A DNA stretch of 64,000 nt from Planctomycetota bacterium (GCA_965248575.1 CBDFJQ010000002.1:3872001-3936000), one strand, 5' to 3'. Positions 45,465-55,738 are shown, counted from the first letter of the stretch. Numbers and translations: made by a program. Notes: generated from the sequence alone by a model not told the origin.

Positions 45465-46510
45465 GCAAGCGGACGGCCGCCGTTCTCGGCGCCACGGGTG
45501 TGGCTGGCCGTCAGGCGTTGCGTGCCCTGGCCTCCCACCCATGGTTCGAGATCGCGGCCGTGGCATCGTCCCCCCGCACCGCGGGTCGCTTGCTCAAGGA
45601 CGTCGTGGCAGACGAGGACCTTTCGCCGACGGTTGGCGCTCTCCGGTTGCAGGATGCTGCCGACTTCGACGCTCGCTCGGTGGACGTCGTGTTCTCCATG
45701 CTGCCGTCCGATGTGGCTGCTCCGCTTGAAGCCCGCTGCGCGGAATCCACGCCAGTGTTCTCCACGGCCGCAGCCTTCCGGACGGAGGCGGACACACCGC
45801 TGCTGTTGGCCGGGGTGAACCCAGCGCTCTTCGAACAGTTGCGCCGCCAGCAAGCCGCTCGCACTTGGAAGGGATTCGTGGCACCCGGCCCCAACTGCAC
45901 CACGGTGGGTCTGGCACTCACCCTGGCACCGTTGCGCGATGCGTTCGGTGTGCGCTGTGTTCAGCTGACCTCCATGCAGGCGGTGTCGGGTGCCGGTTCG
46001 AGTGCGCCCCAGGTGAGCGCCGCCGTCGATGGGAACATCCTGCCCTGGATCCGCAACGAGGAAGAGAAGGTGCAACGCGAGTGCGCGCGCATCCTGGGCG
46101 CCATCGACGCGGACGGCATCGAGGCCGCCAGCTTTCCCGTCAGCGCGACCTGCACACGTGTTGCCGTACAGGACGGGCACACGTTGTCCATTGCCGTGGG
46201 CTTGGATCAGGCGGTCACGCCCTCCGACGTCGCCCAGGTCTGGCGTGCGGCGGATCCCTTCGCAGGGCGCAGCTTGCCGTCGGCTCCCGAGCGCTGGATC
46301 GACGTACGTGAGGAGCAGGATCGGCCCCAACCCCTGATGGATTGCGAGGCGGGTGCTGGCTTCACCACGGTGGTGGGCAGGATCCGCCCGGAACCCGTGC
46401 TGGGCGGCGTGAAGTACCTCGCTGTGTCCCACAACACGGTCATGGGTGCTGCTGGAGGGGCAGTGCTGCTGGCCGAAGATCTCCTGGATCGAGGCTACTT
46501 CGGGGGCTGA
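45461..46510 (+). CDS. asd: Aspartate-semialdehyde dehydrogenase
   Basis: VLGATGVAG, PNCTT, MQAVSGAG, EEEK, SATCTRVAV.DGH and HNTVMGAAGGAVLLAE. Confidence 0.92.
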   Translation: MSKRTAAVLGATGVAGRQALRALASHPWFEIAAVASSPRTAGRLLKDVVADEDLSPTVGALRLQDAADFDARSVDVVFSMLPSDVAAPLEARCAESTPVFSTAAAFRTEADTPLLLAGVNPALFEQLRRQQAARTWKGFVAPGPNCTTVGLALTLAPLRDAFGVRCVQLTSMQAVSGAGSSAPQVSAAVDGNILPWIRNEEEKVQRECARILGAIDADGIEAASFPVSATCTRVAVQDGHTLSIAVGLDQAVTPSDVAQVWRAADPFAGRSLPSAPERWIDVREEQDRPQPLMDCEAGAGFTTVVGRIRPEPVLGGVKYLAVSHNTVMGAAGGAVLLAEDLLDRGYFGG

Positions 46511-46580
46511 GTTGCCGGATCATGGTGGCTGGATCCCGTGGCTCTCCTGATACTGGCGCGCTTCTCCTGGAGCTGCGCCC

Positions 46581-48395
46581 ATGTTCTCCACCGTCCACCA
46601 GCTCGCTGCGATTGCCCTGCTCATGACTCTTCAGAACCCCACCGACGCCAGCGCCAAGATCCAGTCAGCTCCTGACCCCGACGTCCCGGTCTCCAGTGGC
46701 GACCGCATCACCGGCGCAGCCTTTGCCACGCGCTCGCCGGTCTTGGGGACGCACGGCATGGTCTGCACCAGCCAGCCTCTGGCCGCGCAAGTGGGTCTCG
46801 ACATCCTCAAGGCGGGCGGCTCGGCGGTGGATGCAGCCATCGCCACCAATGCAGCGCTGGGTCTCATGGAACCCACGAGCAACGGCATTGGTGGCGATCT
46901 CTTCGTCATCTACTGGGACAACAAGAAGAAAGAACTGGTCGGTCTCAACGGCAGCGGTCGCTCGCCGGCGGGCGCAACGCTCGAACAGATGCGCAGCAAG
47001 CTGGAGCAGTTGGGTGTTACGGACATCCCCATGCGCGGTGCGCTTCCGGTTTCGGTGCCTGGCTGCGTCGATGGCTGGTTCAGCATGCACGAACGCTACG
47101 GCCGTTTGCCCATGGCGGATGTGCTGGCGCCCGCCATCCGCTACGCCCGGGAGGGTTTCCCCGTCACCCAGGTGATCGGCACCTACTGGCGTTGGTCGGA
47201 GCCGAGCTTCCGCGAGTTCCCTGAGTTTCAACGGGTGTTCATGCCGAACGGCCGCGCTCCTCGCGAGGGTGAGCTCTTCCGCAATCCCGATCTCGCAGCG
47301 ACTTATGAAGCCCTCGCCGCCGGAGGGCGGGAGGCCTTCTACGAAGGTGAGATGGCCGAGCGCATCGCCGCCTGTGTGCGCGAGAACGGCGGTTGGATGG
47401 AGGCGAGCGACCTTTCCACCCATCGCTCGGAATGGGTCGCGCCGGTCTCGGTCCCTTATCGCGGCTACCAGATGTGGGAGCTGCCGCCGAACGGGCAGGG
47501 CATCGCAGCGCTGCAGATGCTGCGCTTGCTGGAAGGGTACGGCGAGACCATCGGCGCCCAGGCCGGGGCCTGGGATGGCCTGGGATGGCACCGCCTGATC
47601 GAAGCCAAGAAGCTGGCCTATGAAGATCGTGCGCGTTTCTACACGGACCCGGACTTCGCGCCCGCCCCCATCGACTCGCTCTTGAGTGAGGAGTACGCCG
47701 CACTGCGACGCGCCCTCATCGACGATGAGCAGGCAGCCGACAGCTATGCGCCCGGCGACTTCCCCATCGAACACGGCGACACCATCTACCTCACCGTGGC
47801 GGACGCTGAGGGCAACGTCGCGTCCTGGATCCAGAGCAACTACGCGGGCTTCGGCAGCGGGCTGGTTCCCGAGGGTCTCGGCTTCGGACTGCAGAACCGC
47901 GGCAAGCTGTTTCACCTGGAGGAAGGCCACGCCAACATCTATGCGCCCAGCAAGCGGCCGTTCCACACCATCATTCCCGCCATGATGACCCGTGACGGCT
48001 TGCCAGTGATGTCCTTCGGCGTCATGGGCGGCGCCATGCAACCCCAGGGCCATGTGCAGGTCGTGTCCAACATCGTGGACCACGGCATGAATGTGCAGGA
48101 GGCGGGTGACGCCCCGCGCTGGCGTCACAGCGGTTCGTCACAACCGGACGGTGGCGAGATGACCGACGGCGGCGTGGTGCACCTCGAGAGTGGTGTGCCC
48201 CAGGCGCTGCGAGATGCTCTCGCAGCCCGCGGCCACACCCTGAGCATCCAGAGCGGCGGCTACGGTGGCTACCAAGCCATCTGGATCGACCGACTCAGTG
48301 CTGACGAATCAGGTGGGGGAGCCGCTGGGAGACCGAAGCGCGTCTACAGAGGAGCCAGCGAATCCAGGAAGGATGGCGCCGCGCTGGGCTGGTAG
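46581..48395 (+). CDS. ggt: Gamma-glutamyltransferase
   Basis: GGSAVDAAIA, GIGGDLF, GDTIYLTVAD (Thr nucleophile), KRPFHTIIP and GVMGG..QPQG; signal peptide. Confidence 0.93.
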   Translation: MFSTVHQLAAIALLMTLQNPTDASAKIQSAPDPDVPVSSGDRITGAAFATRSPVLGTHGMVCTSQPLAAQVGLDILKAGGSAVDAAIATNAALGLMEPTSNGIGGDLFVIYWDNKKKELVGLNGSGRSPAGATLEQMRSKLEQLGVTDIPMRGALPVSVPGCVDGWFSMHERYGRLPMADVLAPAIRYAREGFPVTQVIGTYWRWSEPSFREFPEFQRVFMPNGRAPREGELFRNPDLAATYEALAAGGREAFYEGEMAERIAACVRENGGWMEASDLSTHRSEWVAPVSVPYRGYQMWELPPNGQGIAALQMLRLLEGYGETIGAQAGAWDGLGWHRLIEAKKLAYEDRARFYTDPDFAPAPIDSLLSEEYAALRRALIDDEQAADSYAPGDFPIEHGDTIYLTVADAEGNVASWIQSNYAGFGSGLVPEGLGFGLQNRGKLFHLEEGHANIYAPSKRPFHTIIPAMMTRDGLPVMSFGVMGGAMQPQGHVQVVSNIVDHGMNVQEAGDAPRWRHSGSSQPDGGEMTDGGVVHLESGVPQALRDALAARGHTLSIQSGGYGGYQAIWIDRLSADESGGGAAGRPKRVYRGASESRKDGAALGW

Positions 48396-49003
48396 TCCTC
48401 GGAGTCTTCGTGCAGTTCGGCGGGGCCGCCCACGATCGAAACGAGGTCTTCGAGGTGGCGGGTCACCCAAGGCAGGGCCTGGGTCGATGGCCGTTGAGCC
48501 GGGATGTCGGCCAGTTGGATCTCGACGCCCAGGCCACGCAGCCTGAGCGCCAGGGCGCCGGCTTCGGCACGGTTCAGTTCCCATGTGTCGATGCAGGAAG
48601 CGGGGCCTGTGCCAGGTCGGCGACTCGAACCGCCCGCACGGCTCGCGGTCAGCAGGGCCTGGAGTCGCCTTGCTAGCTGGCCCCAGGCCCGGTCCCGGGC
48701 GGCGCCGAGAATGCGACCCCGGAGAAGTGTTTGTCGCTGTTCCGTCAGGGCGTGCGACTCCGAACCGGGTTCTGTTTCGAGCTGAGCAGGGCACAGGATG
48801 CCGCGCAGGTCCTGCAGCGTTTCGCCCAGGGTACGTAGCGCGGCACGCGAACTGCGCAGTCGTTGGACGAGGCGACAGCACCGGCCGCAGCTTCGGGCGT
48901 GGGCGCTGAGTCGCTCCTGCATGGGGGCGGGCAGCTCGTGTTCTGCGAGGGCGAAGTGCAACAGCTTCGCGCGGGAGAGTTCCGTGCAGCGATGATAATT
49001 CAT
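48344..49003 (-). CDS. Putative zinc-binding anti-sigma factor (ZAS)
   Basis: N-terminal C...HARSCGRC (Hx3Cx2C); ATGA-coupled to the ECF sigma gene. Confidence 0.65.
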   Translation of the reverse strand: MNYHRCTELSRAKLLHFALAEHELPAPMQERLSAHARSCGRCCRLVQRLRSSRAALRTLGETLQDLRGILCPAQLETEPGSESHALTEQRQTLLRGRILGAARDRAWGQLARRLQALLTASRAGGSSRRPGTGPASCIDTWELNRAEAGALALRLRGLGVEIQLADIPAQRPSTQALPWVTRHLEDLVSIVGGPAELHEDSEDYQPSAAPSFLDSLAPL

Positions 49004-49794
49004 CGGGTGAGCTCCTTGGACCGGGCCCCTGGGTCGTGACTGGGCTGGAAGTGTGCGCGGGTGGGGGAGGCCGCGGCGGAAACAGAAGGGTGAGCGGGGA
49101 TGGAACGGTCGATGGCCAGCAGCAGGCGCTCTCGGGCGCGCTTCAAGACCATGCCCACCTGGGAGCGCGGCAGCTCCATGACCAAGGCGATCTGGTCGTA
49201 GCTCAAGCTCTCCAACTCGCGGCAGATGAGGATGCGGCGGTCGCGCACCTTGAGGCCATGGAAGCAGCGCCCGACCACGGCAAGCATCAAGGTGCCCAGC
49301 CTGGGAAGGGGGCCGCTCCGCTCTCGGACTTCTGCGGACCATGCAGGATCGACGGTGTGGCGCTGAGGAGCCTCGCGCTCTTCGTAACGAATGGCCCGGG
49401 CCCGCGCCCTGCGCATGAGGCGCAGCTGATTCAGGGCATCAAAGCGCATCATGGTGTAGGCCAAGGCCAGGAAGCGGCGGACGGGTGCCTGTGTCTGCAG
49501 CTTGTGTTTGCGCACGTCCGTGAACAGGCGCGCCATGAAGGACGCCACCAGGTCTTCGGGTTCGATCACGAGGGCCAGGCGGCGCGCGACTCCTGAGGCC
49601 ACCTGAAAGAGTCGCAGCTGGGTCAGCTCGACCAAGGCGGTGAAGGCCTCCACGTCGTCATGAGTCCTGAACTGTTGGAGCAGCTGGCCCGCGAGGCACT
49701 CGAGGTGTTCGTCGTTGCGCGGGTCGTAGGGGGTGGGCACGTTGAGAGCGGGGCTCAGCGGTCCGTGGCGGAGGCGCTCCACGAGCGACGCCAT
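49000..49794 (-). CDS. ECF-type sigma-70 family RNA polymerase sigma factor
   Basis: Region 2 (DVEAFTALV...PEDLV...DALNQLR) and region 4 (L..RDRRIL..RELESLSYDQIALVM....QV...LKRARERL). The start is uncertain. Confidence 0.82.
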   Translation of the reverse strand: MASLVERLRHGPLSPALNVPTPYDPRNDEHLECLAGQLLQQFRTHDDVEAFTALVELTQLRLFQVASGVARRLALVIEPEDLVASFMARLFTDVRKHKLQTQAPVRRFLALAYTMMRFDALNQLRLMRRARARAIRYEEREAPQRHTVDPAWSAEVRERSGPLPRLGTLMLAVVGRCFHGLKVRDRRILICRELESLSYDQIALVMELPRSQVGMVLKRARERLLLAIDRSIPAHPSVSAAASPTRAHFQPSHDPGARSKELTR

Positions 49795-50107
49795 GGCTGA
49801 AGCCCGTGGCTTCGGTGCCGCTCCGCTCTGGGCATCTGCTCCTGTCACTCGCTCGACTCCCTGTCCTGTGTCCTGGCCATAGTCCCGTCGTGCCCCGAAG
49901 TGACCGGGGCCCTCGCGCTGGCCAGACCAAGTGGCCGGGGGCGCCCCTGGGCCGAGCCCCTCAACCCGGTGATCCAAGGACGCCTGACCGGCGCAACGGC
50001 TCCTCGCTGGGCCGTCGAACCGGATGCTGCCCCGACGGAGCGAGAATAACGGGCTTTTTCAGGCCCGGGCGCTGCTTGCGGCCAGAACGTTTGTTCCGGC
50101 AACCGCC

Positions 50108-51733
50108 TCAGCGGTCCAGGGCTTGGATCGTCCTGGAGAAGCCCACGGTGTTGTCGAGGCTCTCATCCTGCGTGTTGGTCAGGATGTACTCGAAGGTGAC
50201 GCTCTGCTGGCCGTTCACGTGAATCAGGAAGAACCCGGCCTGCCGCGAGCCGAGGGCCGGCTCGTCGTAGTCCGCGACGCCGTTCCCGTCCCAATCCATC
50301 TCCTTCTTGAAGCTGTTGGGTTGGGCCCAGCTGGCACCGTAGTAACCCGCGCGCCCGCCCTTCACGTGGAAGGTGCGCGTGCCCTGGCCCGCAGCGTCGA
50401 GCTTTTCGGTGGGGGTGATGGCCAGGTGGTCGTGCCCCGACAAGAAGAAGGTCGCGCCGCCGTTTGTCGTGTGCTGCTCCTCGAGCAGTTGGATGACCGC
50501 CTGCTCTCCCTTGAAGACTCCGGTGACCTTGTTGGTCTCATCGGTGAGGGGCGTGCTGGGGTCGTCGACCGTGGCGCGCAACCCGCCCCGCCCGTAGTAG
50601 TAGTTGGCGCCGAGCAGGAGGGGCGTGGGTTCGCCGCCGTCGAGATGCTCCGCGAAGAGGAACTTCCACTTGGCCTGAGAGGCGCTGAGCACCGAGGACA
50701 GCCAGAGCATCTGGGCATCGCCCAGGGTCCAGTCGTTGGCCGTCTGGGGCTTGGTGACCGTGAAGCGCATCACGTCGATCACGACGATCAGCGCATCGCC
50801 TGATTCGAAGGCGTAGTAGTGGCCCTCGGCGTCACCCGGATACACCTGGGCCGGATTGGTGAAGGTGTTGAGGCGGGCGGTCTCGCTGGAGCTTCGCAGC
50901 GCGTTGGAGAACCAACCCCCTTCGCCGTCGTGGTTGCCGAGCACATACACGAAGGGGATGTCGCTGGTGATCTGGCCGTACTCATCCGGGCCGAAGGACA
51001 CGTCGTATCTGTTCTGTGCCTCCTGCACGGTGAAGGCGGAGCCAGGGGCGTAGGTCACCCCCTCGTGGGTACCGCCCTCGCAGCTGCACTGGGTCTGGAC
51101 GAAGTCGCCGCCGATCATGAGCCAGTGCGGTTTGCGCTTCCGGATGTTGGCGATGGTCTTCTGGAAACGCTGCTGGGCCCCGGGTTTGGCGGCGAACTGC
51201 ATGTCGGCCCAGGCCTCGTAGTGATGCGAGTCGGTGGCGTAGGCAAAGCTGAAGGGTCGGCCCGGCTGTGGCAACGTCTGGAAGCTGTGCAGCGCCCGCG
51301 GCAGGAAGCGTCCGCTGCTGGCGACCGTGGCGACATGCACCCGGTAGAAGTAGCGGGTGTTCTGCTGCAGGCCTTTCAGGATCAGCTCGAGGGGCTGTCC
51401 CGCCGTGAGGCTGTACTCCATGCTCTGGGAATCGAGTCGCTGCGCGGAAGTGCCGTAGCGCACGAAGGCGACGACGTCGGTGCGCGGTGTCATCCTCAGG
51501 GTGACGCCCTCGTGGGTGGGAGTCATCAGCGTTTCGGCGATGATGAAGTCGGCATCACCGGTTTGGACGAGGCCCGGATTCAAGAGCGGGCTCGAGGGTG
51601 GACCGGGGCCGGGACCGGGGCCGGGGACTGGATGCAGGGCCAGCGCTTCAAGGGGCCGCAGCAGCCCGAGACTGCACGCAAGCAGCACAGCTGTGCCACA
51701 GAGAAGGGGGATCTTGCGCAGGGGCGACACCAT
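50108..51733 (-). CDS. Exported metallophosphoesterase (purple acid phosphatase-like, FN3-like N domain)
   Basis: Signal peptide, PGPG linker, L..NTRYFYRV; TDSH, GGD, LGNHD, EH and SGHDH. The real start is the ATG at 51733. Confidence 0.85.
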   Translation of the reverse strand: MVSPLRKIPLLCGTAVLLACSLGLLRPLEALALHPVPGPGPGPGPPSSPLLNPGLVQTGDADFIIAETLMTPTHEGVTLRMTPRTDVVAFVRYGTSAQRLDSQSMEYSLTAGQPLELILKGLQQNTRYFYRVHVATVASSGRFLPRALHSFQTLPQPGRPFSFAYATDSHHYEAWADMQFAAKPGAQQRFQKTIANIRKRKPHWLMIGGDFVQTQCSCEGGTHEGVTYAPGSAFTVQEAQNRYDVSFGPDEYGQITSDIPFVYVLGNHDGEGGWFSNALRSSSETARLNTFTNPAQVYPGDAEGHYYAFESGDALIVVIDVMRFTVTKPQTANDWTLGDAQMLWLSSVLSASQAKWKFLFAEHLDGGEPTPLLLGANYYYGRGGLRATVDDPSTPLTDETNKVTGVFKGEQAVIQLLEEQHTTNGGATFFLSGHDHLAITPTEKLDAAGQGTRTFHVKGGRAGYYGASWAQPNSFKKEMDWDGNGVADYDEPALGSRQAGFFLIHVNGQQSVTFEYILTNTQDESLDNTVGFSRTIQALDR

Positions 51734-51862
51734 GAGTGGAAAGCTACCACGGAAAAACGCTCCTGGGCGCCGGATCGGCGGCTGCGGGCATGCTCCGTCC
51801 ACACCGATGTGTGCCGGGCGAGGTAGCATCGGCCGCCCGCAGCGCGTCGCCGGAAACCCAGC

Positions 51863-53530
51863 TTGAAGCTCACGCCCATTCACCGGATCCAGGGGACCGG
51901 CCTCTTCTCGCCTCTGAACGGCCAGGACGTCCTCACCCGGGGCGTTGTGATCGGACAGACGCGCCGGGGCTTCTTCGTACAGGACCCGGAGGGTGAGTTG
52001 GACGACGAGGTGTCGCACGGGATCTTCGTGTACGAGCGCAAACGCCGGCCCCCGATCGGGAGCTTGGTGGAAGTCTTCGGCAAGGCCATCGACTACAGCT
52101 TCGGGGAGAACGCGCGCCCCACAACGCAGATCGAGGAGCGGGCGACCCAGGTCCTGGCGGAAGCGGGCCCGCGCATCGAGCCCGTCTGGCTCACGATGGA
52201 GCGCCTGCTGGTTTCCCACGCGCGCTTGAGTGCGTACCTGAACGGGCTGGAAGGCATGTTGGTGGGCGTGCCCGCGGGCTCGTCTTTCGTGGCGCCGAGC
52301 AACCCCTTCGGCGACTACGTGGTCTTGCCGCCGCAAGGGACGTCGCAGATCCAGCTCACGCGTACGACCCAGGGCGGCGTCCTGATCGACCCGCAGCAAC
52401 CCGATCGCTGGCTGCCGGGCTTCCGCGTGTTGGACTACGGCGACGCGCCCCAGGTGCACGTGGGCGCGGAGTTGCTGGAGCCCATCACCGGCCCGCTGAA
52501 CTTCCGGGTGGCCTCGTATCAGATCGCGACCGAGGGTCCCATCCGCGTGGGTGCTGCGCAGGTGAAGCGCCCGAGCACATCGCTGCGGGGGGACGACTCA
52601 CGCGTGACGGTGTTGACCCTCAACGTGTTCAATCTGGACGCGCAACTGGAGCGTGCCGAGCGGGTGAAGGACCCACGGCGCGACATCGATGACGACCTCG
52701 GCAGCGGGCGCTTCGCCGGCCTGGCCGAGGCCATCGTGCGGGACGCCGGGGCGCCGGACATCGTGGCGCTGCAGGAGATCCAGGACGACGACGGCGCGGA
52801 GCTCTCAGCGGTGGTCAGCGCGGGGCACACCTTGGAGAGCCTGGCAGATGCCGTGCTGCGCGCGGGTGGGCCCCGCTACCGCTGGGTGGATGCGCCGCCG
52901 GAGGCTGGCGCCGATGGTGGGCAGCCGGGCGGGAACATCCGCAACGCCTTCCTCTACGAACCGACGCGGGTGGCGCTAGTGGACGTCAGCGTGCAGCGGC
53001 TCGGCGAAGACGACGACGTTTTCGCCGACTCGCGCAAACCTCTCGCCGCGCGCTTCCGCATGCAGGGCGGGGGCGGTGAGCTGGAGATCATCAATGTGCA
53101 CCTCGCGTCCAAGCGGCATCAGAACGGGCTCTTTGCCCCCGAGCGGCCGGGCTTCGATTCACGTCTAGGCCTGCGGGTGCGGCAGGCCGAGTGCGTGGGC
53201 CGGCACATGGCGAGCCTGCGGGCGGCCGGCGTGGACTACTACGTGACCGGCGACTTCAACGACTTCGAATTCAGTGAGACCTTGGCTGCCTTGGTGGGTG
53301 AGAGCAGCGTCAATCTGGTGGATCACGTGCCGGCCGCGCTGCGCTACGACTACAACCACAGGGGCATCTCCCAGGCGCTCATGCACGGCATCGTGGCCAA
53401 GCGCCAACTCGACGGCCGTGAGGCTGACTACGAGATCCTGCACACCAACGCCTTGCTCGGAGTGCGCCCGGGGGAGACCGTCGCCAAGGCCAGCGACCAC
53501 GCCTATGTGATCGCGCGCTTGGAGTTGTGA
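51863..53530 (+). CDS. Endonuclease/exonuclease/phosphatase family protein with N-terminal OB-fold (ExeM/YhcR-like)
   Basis: IHRIQG...SPL.GQ.V...GVV, GFFVQD, LEGMLV; TLNVFN, ALQEIQD, GGNIR, GDFND and ASDH. Confidence 0.88.
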   Translation: MKLTPIHRIQGTGLFSPLNGQDVLTRGVVIGQTRRGFFVQDPEGELDDEVSHGIFVYERKRRPPIGSLVEVFGKAIDYSFGENARPTTQIEERATQVLAEAGPRIEPVWLTMERLLVSHARLSAYLNGLEGMLVGVPAGSSFVAPSNPFGDYVVLPPQGTSQIQLTRTTQGGVLIDPQQPDRWLPGFRVLDYGDAPQVHVGAELLEPITGPLNFRVASYQIATEGPIRVGAAQVKRPSTSLRGDDSRVTVLTLNVFNLDAQLERAERVKDPRRDIDDDLGSGRFAGLAEAIVRDAGAPDIVALQEIQDDDGAELSAVVSAGHTLESLADAVLRAGGPRYRWVDAPPEAGADGGQPGGNIRNAFLYEPTRVALVDVSVQRLGEDDDVFADSRKPLAARFRMQGGGGELEIINVHLASKRHQNGLFAPERPGFDSRLGLRVRQAECVGRHMASLRAAGVDYYVTGDFNDFEFSETLAALVGESSVNLVDHVPAALRYDYNHRGISQALMHGIVAKRQLDGREADYEILHTNALLGVRPGETVAKASDHAYVIARLEL

Positions 53531-53570
53531 GCTGTTGCTCGTGGCGCGAGTCACGCGACTTCCCCGCTGC

Positions 53571-55604
53571 TCAGGGCGTGATGGCTTTCAACCCGTTGGT
53601 CAGCGTGATGCCAGCGGGCACCGACGCATCCTGGACCAGGAACTGCAGCCAGAACTCTGTGCCCACCGGGATGTTGTTGGGCCAGGTCAGGGACTGGGTC
53701 CATACGCCGCTGGGGTCGCTGAAGCGCAGGAACTGTGCGCTGGGCGGGTTGGCGAAGAGCGTGCCGTTGAAGATGTCGAGGGGCGTCGAAGCGAACGAAA
53801 GCCAAGCCAGGAGAGCCGTGCTGGGCGGCGCCCCTTTCAGGTCGAGAGTCAGGAGCGAGCCGGGGGCCAGTGAGCCGAACAGGGGCCGCAGAACAGGCTG
53901 ATGGTTCGTGCTGCCTGCGTTGCCGCCGAGGTGGACCCAAGGTGCTTCGACGAAGGAGTTCTCGTGCCACGCGAGGATGTCGAGCCCGGAGGCGCCGGTG
54001 AGCACGTCGGGGTCGCCGTCGCCATCGAAGTCGGCGGCCACGATGGCCCTGGGCTGACCACCCCCACCCCCAATGACTTGCTCCGGGCCGAAGCCCCCCT
54101 GACCATCCGTGTTCTCGTACCAGGTGAAGGAACCGTCGAGGTAGGAAGCCGCGAGCACATCGGGGTCGCCGTCCCCGTCGATGTCGGCCGTGTGTGTTGC
54201 ACGCACGCCGAAAGCTTGATCCGTCACGAGCTGACCGAGACCCAGGTTCCCCAAGCCGTCCGAGTTCGGGTACCAGATCACGGTGTCGTTGGCGAAGTGC
54301 GCGATGAGCACGTCCGTGTCGCCATCCATGTCCATGTCGTCCGTGTGCACATCGTTGGCGAAGATGGGCACGGCGAGGACGGTTTGGGCGGGGCCGAAGC
54401 TACCGGCTCCGTCGAGGTTCTCCGCCCAATGCAGGTTCGCCGTGAGGAAGAGCACGTCGAGGTCTGCGTCGCCGTCCATGTCGGCTACAGCCAGCGCCCC
54501 GGCGCCCTCGAAGAATCCAGCAATCAGGTTCAGTGGTCCGAAGGTCCCGAGACCATCCGTGTTCTCGAACCAGCCCACGGACAGGTCGGATTCGAAGGTC
54601 GCGATGACATCCATGTCTCCGTCACCATCGACATCCCTGGCGAGGACCTCGTGTGCGCCCATGGGGTCGATGCTGATCGGCGGTTGCTCCACGAAGCTTC
54701 CCAGGCCGTTCGTGTTCCGGTACCAAGCCAGCTTCCCATCGTTGAAGGACGCGGAGAGCAGATCCATGTCGCCGTCGCCATCGAGATCGGCAGCGTCAAC
54801 GCCGCGGGCGTCGTCGGCCGCTGTTGAGATGACCTTCTCCGGGCCGAAGCTGCCCAGGCCGTCGATGTTCTCGTACCACGCCACGGTGTCGTCGTCGCGC
54901 GAAGTACAGAGGGCATCCAGGTCGCCATCCGAGTCGAGGTCGGCTGCGGAGATGGCCCACAACTCCTCGATCGTAAGGCTGAAAATCTGCTTCAATCCCA
55001 GGGCTTTGGGGAGAACGGTGATGAACTCCGATTTCACCACGGTGTCCGTCGTGCTACCCGCGTTGGCCACCAAGCTCACCGTGTAGAGCGTGGGGGCGGC
55101 CACGAACTGATAGGTATGGGTGGGGTGCTGCAGCGTCGAGCTGTTGCCGTCGCCGAAGTCCCAATCCCAAGAGGTGAGGTTCGCACCGGAAGACGTGTCC
55201 GTGAAGTTCACCTGGAGGGGTTGGTTGCCCTGCAGCACCGAGGCTGTGAAGTCCGCCGCGATCGTGACAGGCTGCGCCACGATGAGGTCCACCTTGACCT
55301 CGATGTCCGTCTCGAAGGGTGAGACCTTGGTGACGAACAGTGTGACGCTGTAGGTGCCCGGCTCGGTGTACTGGTGCACCGGGTGGTCAGCCGAGGAGAC
55401 GTTGCCATCCCCAAACTGCCAGAGTTGCGTGAAACCCGGCCCGGTCGGCGCGAGGTTGGTGAAGCTCACAGTGTGCGCGATGGGGCCGGTGGTAGCGGAG
55501 GTGCTGAAGTCAGCGACCAGCTGGCCGAAGGCGGGGGCCGCAGCAGCCAAGGCCAAGGTGAGGCAGAGGACGCTCTTCCGAACTCGATCCAGCGAAGGGC
55601 CCAT
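53571..55604 (-). CDS. Secreted PKD-domain and FG-GAP/VCBS-repeat protein with conserved C-terminal domain
   Basis: Two PKD domains (WQFGDG, WDFGDG); about seven ADxDGDGDxD...WYEN repeats; C-terminal domain shared with the 22701..24122 protein. Confidence 0.9.
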   Translation of the reverse strand: MGPSLDRVRKSVLCLTLALAAAAPAFGQLVADFSTSATTGPIAHTVSFTNLAPTGPGFTQLWQFGDGNVSSADHPVHQYTEPGTYSVTLFVTKVSPFETDIEVKVDLIVAQPVTIAADFTASVLQGNQPLQVNFTDTSSGANLTSWDWDFGDGNSSTLQHPTHTYQFVAAPTLYTVSLVANAGSTTDTVVKSEFITVLPKALGLKQIFSLTIEELWAISAADLDSDGDLDALCTSRDDDTVAWYENIDGLGSFGPEKVISTAADDARGVDAADLDGDGDMDLLSASFNDGKLAWYRNTNGLGSFVEQPPISIDPMGAHEVLARDVDGDGDMDVIATFESDLSVGWFENTDGLGTFGPLNLIAGFFEGAGALAVADMDGDADLDVLFLTANLHWAENLDGAGSFGPAQTVLAVPIFANDVHTDDMDMDGDTDVLIAHFANDTVIWYPNSDGLGNLGLGQLVTDQAFGVRATHTADIDGDGDPDVLAASYLDGSFTWYENTDGQGGFGPEQVIGGGGGQPRAIVAADFDGDGDPDVLTGASGLDILAWHENSFVEAPWVHLGGNAGSTNHQPVLRPLFGSLAPGSLLTLDLKGAPPSTALLAWLSFASTPLDIFNGTLFANPPSAQFLRFSDPSGVWTQSLTWPNNIPVGTEFWLQFLVQDASVPAGITLTNGLKAITP

Positions 55605-55738
55605 GGACTGATCTCCCGTTCGAGTGTGCGCAGCAAGCTGCCGCGACCATCTCCGGGAGCAGTGTACGTCGGGTTTCCGAACTTGGGGCGCTGGGGCCAG
55701 CGACGGCCGAGGTGTCGCCGGATGGCCCCGTCAGCCCC

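Noticed and set aside
51734..52459. N-terminal 242-aa extension of the 783-aa ORF 50108..52459
   Set aside because: It overlaps the nuclease gene on the opposite strand; the signal peptide begins at ATG 51733.
53990..54950. Recurring gtcgccgtc-type repeats as a CRISPR or DNA repeat array
   Set aside because: They encode the DxDGDGD FG-GAP protein repeats; there are no identical repeats with unique spacers.
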